From Takakia lepidozioides (Eukaryota > Plantae > Bryophyta), in the NCBI GenBank assembly GCA_030704615.1, contig CM060733.1:61380001-61444000 (forward strand): DNA of 64,000 nucleotides, in the 5' to 3' direction. Shown piece after piece: positions 52,290 through 62,418 of this stretch; positions within the stretch are counted from its first letter, which is position 1; each line of letters begins with the position of its first letter. A program made the translations under genes and the position numbers. A model generated the notes under the pieces. It did not search any database and was not told the DNA's origin. It saw only the letters and a program-made list of their open reading frames with translations.

Positions 52290-52870
52290 TGGGGCTGTGA
52301 CAGGCTGTGTGGCTGTGAAGGCTGTTGTGCCCCTTTGGGGCTGTGACGGGCTGTGAGGCTGTGCAAGGGCTGTGACAGGCTGTGTGTGTGTTGAGGGCTG
52401 TGACAGGCTGTGCTGGCCTGTGGGGCTGTGACGGGCTGTGACAAAGAATGTGGCCTTTGGGGCTGTGACGGGCTGTGTGCCTGAAGGGGTGTGTGACGGG
52501 CTGTGACAGGTTGTGTGCTGTGCTGTTGAAGAAACAGGCTGTGCCCTGAACGGCTGTTGTTGTGACCTGGCCTTTGGGCCTGTGAGGGGCTGTGACTGCC
52601 TGAAGGCTGCTGTGAATGCCTGAGGCCTTTGGGCTGTGATCTGTTCCTGTGACAAGGCTGTGAGGGGCTGTGTGTTGTGGACTGTGATGACGGGCTGTGA
52701 ATGTTGTGAGAGGCTGTGAAAAAAGGGGCTGTGACAGAGGACGGGCTGCTGTGTGTGAACAAAATGTGAACAGGCTGTGCCCAGTGGCCTGTGGGACTGT
52801 GACGGCTGTGACCAGTGAGCTGTGTGGGCCTGTGCTGGTCTGTGGTGGCCCGTGTTGACCTGTGGACGGC
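52290..52870. repeat. GGCTGTGA(C) degenerate minisatellite in the element leader
   Basis: Dozens of ggctgtg units; source of the spurious S/Q/T/H-rich antisense ORFs. Confidence 0.85.
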
Positions 52871-53549
52871 CTGTGCTGACTCGTGGAGGCACTGGTGGAC
52901 TGCCTAAGGACTGGCATGTGGTCTGGAAGGCCGAATTTTGAAGCTCGTGGAGGGCGGTTTGAGGAGTATCTTCATGATATTCCCATGGTCATGGTGAGGA
53001 GTGTTGGGATGAGGCATGCTGGGGTTAGGCATTGCTTTAGCTTCTCTTCCTCGTAGTTTCCACCCTCTCATTAGGCCAAGACCTTTCCGTAGGTGGAGGC
53101 AAGAGTCAGTCCGGGTTTGGGCTGGGGTCCTTGCAGGAGCAACACCGTGGAGTTGTTTTTGGTGTGGGGGAGTTGTCGTTCTGATTTCTTGTGTTTGGAT
53201 CCCCTCCATACCTGCATGCTTGACTGTGCGCCATGCTAGTTTTGTGTGGGCGCTTGTTTTTATAGGTGATTGGTCCGGATTTGATCACCGGCCAGTCCTA
53301 GAGCATGCTGTCGATGGTGAGGCTGGGGTGATGACCAGACCATCATTGTTTCTCCTGTGGTGAGGTTGGAGGTGATGACCAGCCAACCATAGGAGTGCTT
53401 GCGGTGGATGCAGGTACAGGTGTAGGCTATGTTAGGAACTTAGTATTCCAAACCATAAGCCGCAACAGGTTCTCTACCCGGTTACCTTGTGGAGAGGGGT
53501 TAGGGACATGTTCATGACCGGTTGAGTGTCAACACGGAGGTGCCACTAG

Positions 53550-55000
53550 TTGCTGGGGACAGTGCCGGTTCGAGCACTAGCGATACTAGTGGGTACACGA
53601 GACGGTGTGCGGTTTAGGCCACCTTCACCTCCTGTGTCTTCTACGGAAGGTTCTGATTCGGATTGTGAATCAGGAGGACTCATACCGGCGGTGCAAGTTG
53701 TTTCTTTGCCATTGTTGTGGGACACAATGGAGGAGATGTATGGAGCTACCAAGGGGCCACGAAGGTACTCTGGGGCGGTGGGCACCATCGAGTTGGATGA
53801 TTTTATCCAAGAGTTTGATAGTTGGTGTGATTTGCAGCAAATGCGCAATCCACAACTATTTACGCCTTTCATGGCATGGAAGGGCTGTTTCAGCACCTTG
53901 AGGGGCCGCCTATGGATGATTACCATGAGTTCAGGCGGGGGCATGAGGTTGAGATCGAGGAGTGGAGGATGTACTGGTCACCCGACTATGTCTCCATCAC
54001 TAGGGGCACTAGAGCCACGAGGGCAGTGGCTACACCTGCCGCTGCACCGGCAGCTTCAGCAAGCAGCAGTGGGACTGGTGGTACAGTAGCTACGACGTCC
54101 ACCCAAGCCACTACCGCACCAGCACTAGCACCCGTGCCTGCCTTCAACCTGTTGTGGAGTTCTTCGAAGAGTTGAGAGGGAACTACAAGGGGTGAGGACA
54201 GAGAAGTTGCGGAGCTTGCAAGAGTTCCAACGGAAGCCGACCGAGAGCTTGAGGGAGGCTTTCACTCGCATGAGGCGCTTGATAAATGTAACCCAAGGGT
54301 TACGGAAGCTCAGGCAGTCCAATTCTGGTATGGGATATTGGACAAGGAGCTGAGGAGAAGGGTGCGGGATGCAACTCTCTACAAGCGGCCCAACCCACCT
54401 TAGCAAATGTGTTTTTGCTGGCAGAGCGGATAGAGCTCAACATGGTGGAGGAACGTGGTCATGGTGGATTTGCTAAGGAGACACCACGGGGTAGTGGTGC
54501 TCCTAGCCAACCACTACCTCAACGTGCTCAAGGCAACAAGGGGGCTCAGGTGAAGCTCAGGGAAGGGCAGAGAGGACCTCAGATGCAGGGGTCTCTCCCT
54601 TCATTTGCTGGCCAACAACGGGCGGATGTGGTGTGCTGGACATGTGGAGGACCCCATGTCAAGAAGGATTGCCCAGAGGAGGCAAAGGGCGGCACATGCA
54701 CAGCCTGCAGTTGCAGTGTGGGCATTGTGGCAAGCACGGGCATGGAGAGGCCCAGTGTTATGTTTTGCATCCTGAGTTGCGCCCAGGCCAGTTCCAAGGG
54801 AACAATGGTGGCCGGGGGCGAGGTGGAGCAGCCCAGAGAGGACGAGGTGGCCAGCCACGAGGTGCAGGCCAAGGGCAAGCTCAACGTGGCCAAGGACGCG
54901 GAGGTCAGGGTGTTGACCAAGGCATGGCCAACCGGCTTCAGCAGCTAGAGCAGAGGCTCGCTGCCATGGCTACAGCTCAGGTGGTACCGGCTCTAAGGCC
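53550..55000 (+). CDS. Gag (frameshifted) with two CCHC zinc knuckles
   Basis: YSG...LDDFIQEFDSWC capsid-like start; LRSLQEFQRKPTESLRE; knuckles CWTCGGPHVKKDC (~54634) and CGHCGKHGHGEAQC (~54717); RGG-rich tail. Start codon uncertain. Confidence 0.75.
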
Positions 55001-55689
55001 GGATGGTCCACCTCCTGCTCCTGAGGGAGGAGATATGGGAGGCATGGGATTCATGTGTGGAGCAGCACTACCACTAGTGCAGGTGGAGTCTGCTGCAGCC
55101 GTGACTCGAGGAGCAGCACGAGTTCCTGAGCCACGAGGTGCAGAGGTGGAGTTGGATCCACAGCGTGGGGAGGCAAGCCGTCAGGCTAGGCTTCCTCAGT
55201 CATTCACATTGGCGGAGACAGTGTCGACGCCATCCATGGCACCTAGTTCTCGCCCGACTGTTACCGAGGCGGAGGTTACTATGCCATTGGGGAGAGCTAC
55301 ACGGGTAGCACCACTACCTAGTGTTGCCAAGGCTACGGCAGCTAGTGTGCTGCTAGGAGCGGCCACATCTGTGTGCCAGGCTCCATTGTTTTCGGCTACC
55401 ATGATTGCGACGCCGGGGTAAGACCAGCTGAGGTGTTCAGGCTGGCAGCTACACTCTGTGAGAGTGGGGAGGTTACTTCATCTTCTGCGGAGATAGTGGG
55501 AGGTGTAGTGCCGGAGGGATCCTCGGATTTGAGGGTCAAGACTGCCACGGCGGCGCCATGGCAAGCTGCAGCTGCCAGGTTGATGGAGCTGCCAGCTAGG
55601 CCAGCCATTGAGCGCGCCATGGTGACACCTGGAGTTGTCATGTTAGACAACCAGGATGGCATTTTTTCTGTTTGAGTGGACCGGCAGGC

Positions 55690-56010
55690 AAGAGGTACCG
55701 GCCACTGCGGTCTTGTTGGACTCGGGAGCTCAGCCACTGATGCTGGGCAGAGCTGCTATTGCAGGCTTGGGCCTCACGGAGGCGGATATGGAGCCTTGTC
55801 CTTTCCAGATACAGACGTCTCTGGGAGGATCGGAGCAGGCTCGGGGCATGACACGGCATGAGTTGGCTATCAGACTACGGCCGGATCACCCTACAGATGG
55901 CTCAGTGATGCGAGCCAAGGCCATTGTGACAGACGCAGTCTCATACGATGTCCTGGTTGGTGGGGCAGTGTTGTACCCCATGGGCTTCACCCTGGATTTT
56001 TGGGAGGAGT
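55690..56010 (+). CDS. Retropepsin aspartic protease domain
   Basis: VLLDSGAQ (DSG at 55719-55727) and SYDVLVGGAVL. Confidence 0.88.
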
Positions 56011-56429
56011 CAGCTTCCTATAGGCCTGCATGGCAGTCAGGGGAGGGCCGGCGTGTGCAGCTCCCTGTGACGTTCATAGGAGGAGTTGCGGTTGCCCAGC
56101 GAGGCAAGATGCCACTAGCAGCATTCACAGCGGCAGTGAGTTGGCCTAGAGAGTTGCTTGAGGGCAATGCTCATTCAGAGGATGTACCACCTCCGGGAGA
56201 GCAGGATGACATGTATGGTATGGCGGAGTTGCCTACCATGGTTGCTCAGACTCCATTGTGGGGCACGAGCAAGGATTTGCAGCGGGATGCTGATCGACGG
56301 GTGCAACAAGCCTGGGTGGAGGCTTTTGTACCGTCAGGAGAGGAGGAGAGTGTGGGGATTGCACCAGGACCACCTCAATTGTCTCCATTGGACACCACAC
56401 CTATTGTGTGGCAGTATCCGGATGAAGGC

Positions 56430-57390
56430 ATTTGTCTTCTGGACTTGTTTGGCGGGATCAGCACCGGATTGGCTGCTGTGTTACAGGCAGGTGTACGAGT
56501 TCGGCGTTACCTGTATGTGGAGAGGGATGAGACTGCACGACGCGTTTCACTTCGCCATGTTGCTCAGTTGGTGCAGCGGTACCCTGAGTTGTTGTCGGTG
56601 TCTGCAATTCGTGGATATCAGCAGGCCTTGCCAGCAGACATTTCGTTGCTGGGGGCGCAGGATTTGGAGCGGGTTGGCTCCATTGATCTGGTAGTGGCAG
56701 GTTTGGCCCTGCCAAGGCATTCATCAGCCGGGCATGGCAATGGATTGCGAGACTCGAGGTCGGGTCTGTTTTGGGAGATGGTGCGGGTTTTGCGCCACTT
56801 GCAGCTTCAGCTTCATCAAGCTGTATCTCCAGCATACATCTTGGAGAATGTGCCACTGATGGGCGATTCTCGGGCCAGGGTGATGGCCAGTGTGCATCAA
56901 GTCCGGTCGTGGCTTGGGTCAGCAGTGTTGCTAGATGCAGCTACAGTGGGGTCACGGGCTCATCGTCCACGGCTATGGTGGACTAACTTGATGCCACCCG
57001 CACTGCTCAAGCGTGCATTTGATGGGGTGCAGCGGCCAGCACATCTCACAGTGGATAACATTCTGGACACAGGGAGGCAGTCTCAACGTGTGAGACACGA
57101 TGACCGTTCGCCTTTGGCAGTGGTCAACAAGGTGGGTCAACCACGAGCAGCATTACCTACACTGCTCAGCTTCCCAGGATCGCATGCTTTCCGGGATAGT
57201 GGACCTGGCCTCCTGTGGGATGCTCAGTTGCAGCAGTTAGTGGAGCCTAATGCTGACGAGCGTGAGCGGGCAATGGGTTTTACCACTGGTACCACGGCGG
57301 TGTCGTCTCTTTCTGAGGCATCACGTCGTCAAGTGTTGGGGCAAGCAATGGATCTCAATTGCTTGACCTGGATTATCAGCTTGGCTCTGC
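56430..57390 (+). CDS. DNMT3-like C5 cytosine DNA methyltransferase domain within pol
   Basis: Motif I LDLFGGIS; II YVE; III DI; IV IDLVVAG+WPCQG (locally shifted frame, 56704-56717); V SGLFWE; VI ILENV; VIII AHRPRLWWTN; IX ERERAMGF; X RRQVLGQAMD. In frame with the protease. Confidence 0.92.
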
Positions 57391-57819
57391 TGAGCAACGC
57401 AGAGTGCGGAATACACTTCCCTCAATGGTCTCTCTGCCTACCGAGACGGTACAGGCAGTGAGTGGGGGCGAGCATATGAGGACCACGGGGTGCATGCATC
57501 CATGGCACACGTGGGAGGTGCTCGAGGTTCAGAGGGAGTTGGCAGCCAAGGCGGCTGTGATGGATGAGGTTGGGGATTCTTCTCGGTTGAGGAGGTCCTC
57601 AAGGATGAGATGATGGGGCAGGATGAGCCTTGTCATTGACTGAGCAGGTAGGGAGTACTGCTCAAGAGGTTGCAGCATAGCAACCACGGGACGCGTCCTC
57701 TACCTCTAAGCCCACTGGACTTAAGTTTGTAGTTACGGAGGACAATTGGGAGCCTGACATTGGACCCATTGTCACCGGAGGAGAGAGACGACGTATACGG
57801 CGGTTCCTGAGGGCTTACA

Positions 57820-59170
57820 GGAATTGCTTTGCCTTCAGTTTGAAGGACTTGGGAGCACTGAAGGGTCAAGAGATCCGTATTGAGTTGGCCACTGACACGC
57901 CAATCTTTCGGAGACCCTATAGATACAGTGACATGGAGAGGTCTTTGATTCAGATGAGGACTCAAGATCTCTGGGAGGCAGGTTTGGTGGAGCTCTCTGG
58001 TGGAGAGTATGCTTCAGCCACAGTGATGCCAGCCAAGAAGGATGTCTATGGCAATTGGACGGAGAGACGTATGTGCGGTGATTACCGGCCTGTAAATCGT
58101 CAGACAAGTCCGATAAGTATGCCATGCCAACACCAGAGGAGATCTTTGATGCCATCGGGCATGCTAAGGCCTTTAGCACTTTGGATTTACGATCCGGATA
58201 TCACCAGTTGCCAATCAAGGAGGCGGACAAGCAGAAGACGGCATTCTGGGGGATCAATGAGCACGGCAAGGATTGCCTATATCAGTGGCGGTTCTTACCA
58301 TTTGGGCTTAAGAATGCTCCTGCAGAGTTTCAGAGAGTCATGGATAGGATTCTAGCAGGGGTGGACTTTGCTCGGTGCTACATAGATGACATCATCATCT
58401 TTAGACGATGGAGGAGCATGAGAGACACCTTCAGGTGGTATTGGAGCGCTTGAGAGCGCACGGATTGAAGTTGCATCCGGGGAAGTGCAAGTTTTTCCAC
58501 AACCAGATTGAGTATCTGGGTCACATGATATATCCTGGAGGATTGGGGGTACAGCAGACTAAGGTAGAGGCCATTGCACAAATTCCACGCCCCACGGATG
58601 TGAGCCGAGTTCGAGCTTTCATGGGGTTGGCAAACTATTATAGACGGTTTGTCAAGGGATTTAGTACCATTGCAAAGGCTCTAACCAAGCTGACCAAGGT
58701 GGACCAGGAGTGGCAGTGGGAAGATGAGCAGGAACGAGCTTTTCAAGAGCTCAAGGCGAGGTTGACCTCGGCGCCTATCTTGAGACGACCTATCAGGGGG
58801 CGTCCCTTTCAGCTGCATACGGATTGGAGCATGCTGGGGCTTGGAGCGGTGCTCACACAGGTGGATGATGAGGGAAGAGAGTTCGTAGTGGCTTACGCTA
58901 GCCGCTCGAACAACGCTGCAGAGGCTAAGTACAGCTCATATGAGGGAGAGTGCTTAGCTGCAGTGTGGGCCGTGGCACACTTCAGGTGCTATCTATACGG
59001 CAATCTTTTCACCCTTGTCACGGATCACCAGCCACTCAAGTGGTTGATGGAGTCAGACAAGCTTACGGGGAAGCTTGCACGGTGGGCACTTATACTCCAG
59101 GAGTATGACTTTCAGGTTGTGCATCGACCGGGTTTGGTCAATCGGGATGCGGATGGATTGAGTCGCAATC
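57820..59170 (+). CDS. Ty3/Gypsy reverse transcriptase and RNase H (frameshifted)
   Basis: RRPYR, RMCGDYRPVN, FSTLDLRSGYHQ, LPFGLKNAPAEFQ, YIDD, KCKF...YLGH; RNase H LHTDWS...YASR...EGECLA...TDHQPL...ADGLSR. Confidence 0.95.
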
Positions 59171-59559
59171 CATGCATGAGCCAGCAGGATGACACTGGAG
59201 CTCGGTGGCATGGTGAGACGGACGAGGAGATGGTGCCGGGATGGCACGCATCTGCATTTTTGTGTATCTTGGCATCGGGAGGTCAGATTGGACCTACAAC
59301 AGGGATGACTGTAGACGGAGTGTCTGAGGACCCTGAGGCTAGTGATGAGCTAGGTGGTGCCAGAGATATACATGAGGATTCGGCTGTGTTGGACTACCTC
59401 CGCACGGGAGACACGGCAGCCATTGTGACTGCCAGGGAGAGGGATCGGATCCTGCAACGAGCCAAGAGGTTCAAGTGGGAGGGATACACCTACTTCGAGT
59501 GTGGGAGGATGGTCGGGTGAGGATTGTGCCTCACCCCACACAGCGTGCACGGTTAGTGC

Positions 59560-60600
59560 GGCATGCCCATGAGGAGTTGGGGCATTTTGGAGTGCGACGC
59601 ACTCACAGTTTACTGCAGGGGCAGTATTGGTGGCGTGGTATGCATACAGAGGTGCAACAGTTTGTGGCTAGGTGCATGGTGTGTGACAGGGTGCGTGCTT
59701 CATTCAACGCCCCTACACCACAGTTGCATCCTTTACCATCATGGGATTGGGCTACAGGTGGAGTCTTGACTTCGCAGGACCGTTGCCACTGACTATGCGC
59801 CACCACAGATATGTGTTGGTGATGGTGGAGCACTTCTCCAAGTGGATTGAGTTGGTTCCATTGCCTGACAAGGCTAGTGAGGGGGCTGCGTATGCATTCT
59901 TGGATCGTGTGCTTAGCCGATTTGGTGCTCCAGCTGAGGTACTCACGGACCAAGGGAGAGAGTTCTTGGGGGAGTTTCAGGCTTTGTGTGATAAAGCCTT
60001 GATAGACCACCGCACCACTTCTCGGGATCATCCTGAGGCCGATGGCTTAGCAGAGAGAGTTGTTCAGACGGTGAAGAGGGTTTTGCGCAAGTATGGCTTG
60101 CAGAAGGGACACCTAGGAGATTGGGATCTTCAGGTTCCTTGGTTAGCCATGGGCTACAGGTTCAGCAAACAAGCATCACTTGCCTCCTTCTCACCATATT
60201 TCCTTCTCTTTGGCCGAGAGCCGGATTTGCCTGCAGCCATTCGTAGGGACACTGCTCAAGTCCTTAACCTTGACGATCCGGACGTGTGGGTACGTGCATG
60301 TGATCAGCGTGCAGAGTTGTTCAAGAAAGTCATGCCCATGGCTTTTGAGAACCTTGCCATTGCACAGCACCGTGATACGTTGAGGTATGCCACTATACGT
60401 GGTGGAGGATATCGTCCTGGGGTTCGGAGGTTTAGCCCTGGTGACTATGTTTATTTGCAGCAGACTGCTCCTACGACTCTGGATGTTACTGCAGGGCGTG
60501 TTATTCTGAGGGTTCGAGAGGTGTTGCCCTCAGGGGTCCTGATCTTAGAGGGTCGGGATGGCATGACTTGGAAGACCATGTGCGTAATTGTGCGCCATGT
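59560..60600 (+). CDS. DDE integrase (HHCC plus catalytic core; frameshifted)
   Basis: HEELGH...CMVC; WSLDFAGPLP; VLTDQGREF; HPEADGLAERVVQTVK; SPYFLLFGREP; FSPGDYVYL. Confidence 0.95.
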
Positions 60601-60663
60601 CACCTTCCCAATGTCGATGGCAGAGTTGACCCAAACTTGGCAGTGGTACCTGCAGGTTTGAGG

Positions 60664-60807
60664 TGCATGCTCTGTGGGTCTGCCAAAGGGGCAGCCACCA
60701 TGCTGGTGTGTGATCGATGCTCAAGGGGTTGGCATATGGGATGCTTGACACCACCTCTTGAGAAGGTTCCTGACGGAGATTGGTTGTGTCCACACTGCTT
60801 GGGATAG
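60664..60807 (+). CDS. PHD finger at the C-terminus of integrase
   Basis: CMLC...MLVCDRCSRGWHMGCLTPPLEKVPDGDWLCPHC, a canonical C4HC3 pattern. Confidence 0.93.
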   Translation, partial: CMLCGSAKGAATMLVCDRCSRGWHMGCLTPPLEKVPDGDWLCPHCLG

Positions 60808-61057
60808 TGGCAGTGGACATGACTGGAGGCAGCTAACAAGACATGGGAGGCCAAGCTCATAGGAGTCAATACATGAGATCCCAAGCTCAAGTTCACAGGT
60901 TGCAAGACGGCGACTAACGATGGGGCAACTCTTGCACCCGGCCTCTTGATCTATCGAGTTTGAGTGTAGTAGGGATAGTGGTGGAGGACTTAGTGAGGCT
61001 ATGGTCACTATCACATCTTGTGGGCTACCTGGACTTAGAGGGACCTAAGCACCAGCT

Positions 61058-61066
61058 AGGGGGCGA
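61058..61066 (+). promoter_or_regulatory. Polypurine tract
   Basis: AGGGGGCGA immediately before repeat B1 (T-TGTGTGG). Confidence 0.65.
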
Positions 61067-61772
61067 TTGTGTGGACTAGTGACTGCCATAGTGGGCAGCG
61101 TAGTGGCAGCCTAGTGACTGACTAGTTGTAGCCTAGTGGTTGGACTAGTGGCTGGACTAGTGGTAGACTAGTGGTATACTAGTGTGTGGTGTGCACATGT
61201 GTTGTGTGGTTTTGGACAGCGATGTAGTTGTGTAGCGATATGTATGCGCACGACAGCTGTCAAGTTATTTTACCACTAGTGTGAAACTAGCTAGGAAAAG
61301 CTAGCTTTTACATATTGACATTTGGGATTGGCCCAAGTGTCAATCCAGGGGTCAAGGCAGATTTAGGCCCTGGAGTGGTTATCTTCACGGCAAGCGCGGG
61401 AGGCTCATCTTTCTCGAGTTGAGCCTCACCGCGCCTAGCTATGGCGCCGTAGTGTGGATTCCCCATGGCGTGGGGTGCACTTGGCTTGACTTGTATTTGA
61501 GTGATGAGGTTATATATGCATGAGTTTATGCTTCAGCTTTGTGAGCTCGCATGAGCTTGTGCTTGTATTCTTCTTCTTTATCATTGTGTGGACTAGTGAC
61601 TGCCATAGTGGGCAGCGTAGTGGCAGCCTAGTGACTGACTAGTTGTAGCCTAGTGGTTGGACTAGTGGCTGGACTAGTGGTAGACTAGTGGTATACTAGT
61701 GTGTGGTGTGCACATGTGTTGTGTGGTTTTGGACAGCGATGTAGTTGTGTAGCGATATGTATGCGCACGACA
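61067..61772 (+). repeat. 3' repeat block B1 (61067-61255) - GC - A2 (61258-61583) - B2 (61584-61772)
   Basis: B1 and B2 are 189 bp, appear identical and are rich in GACTAGTG units; A2 matches A1. Confidence 0.95.
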
Positions 61773-62230
61773 GGTTCGGACTTGTCTTTAGACGGGAGAA
61801 ATATCGCGAAGTGTGGGCAGAGTTGCACAAACACTTCGGTTTAGGGATTTGGAGCTCTATGATGTACAAGAACTTGCAGCCCATCCTGGATTTTTTGCTT
61901 CGTGGTCTCCCTCAACCGGCCTTTGTTATGTCTCAAGAGGATTGTATTTCATGTCCTACTTCGGTTCACCCTCAATTCAAATAAGGATTTGACCCTCCTC
62001 ATTTGTTTTTGAAACCACTGGTCAAGGTCTGGTAGAGATTTGGTGGACAATACACCAAGAGTAACACTCTGCTCATTGACGACACCGCCATGAAGTGTGT
62101 ATTGAACCCGCCCGACTCATGTCTTGTTCTCAAACCATTCCAGACCGTGGAGATTGATGGTTGTTATCTTCTCAAGGTTCTTCAGACCTATTTGCTTGGA
62201 ATGAGGAAACATCCCACTGTTTCAAGCTAT
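61773..62230 (+). pseudogene. NIF-type HAD domain 2, C-terminal part
   Basis: GLVFRRE...HFGLGIWSSMM...FVMSQEDC...FLKPLVKVW*...SNTLLIDDTAMKCVLNPP; in-frame stops. Confidence 0.75.
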
Positions 62231-62418
62231 TTTAATGGTCTACTCTTGGTCCTTTACAGTAGTCCATTGTCGGGACACTTATGTCTCCGAAAACGTAGAG
62301 GTCACTCTAAAACTAAGAAACACTACATCGTGTTGTTTTTGACGACGGGAACACTTAAATTGCGCAGGATGTCATCGTCCATCAACCTTCATCTGCCACA
62401 TCGGGGAAGAGGAAACGG

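Larger units (their letters stand above)
50440..61772 (+). mobile_element. Complete Ty3/Gypsy-like retroelement with gag-PR-DNMT-RT-RH-INT-PHD and split direct repeats
   Basis: Termini T(A)TCAAG...CACGACA; 4-bp TSD GGTT (50436-50439 / 61773-61776); removing the element restores the interrupted reading frame; Gypsy domain order. Confidence 0.95.

Noticed and set aside
52208-52917. Three overlapping 184-228 aa antisense ORFs rich in S/Q/P/H/T
   Set aside because: They are by-products of the stop-poor TCACAGCC minisatellite, open in all frames and not conserved in length in copy 1.
50440-61583. Ordinary LTR element with A1/A2 as the LTR pair
   Set aside because: No PPT before A2 and no TSD after A2. 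The PPT precedes B1, and the TSD and restored host frame are at the end of B2.
50440-61772. DIRS/Ngaro tyrosine-recombinase element, as suggested by the split repeats and a methyltransferase
   Set aside because: It encodes a protease and an HHCC/DDE integrase and makes a TSD; no tyrosine recombinase ORF was seen; the methylase is C5-cytosine type rather than the DIRS adenine type.
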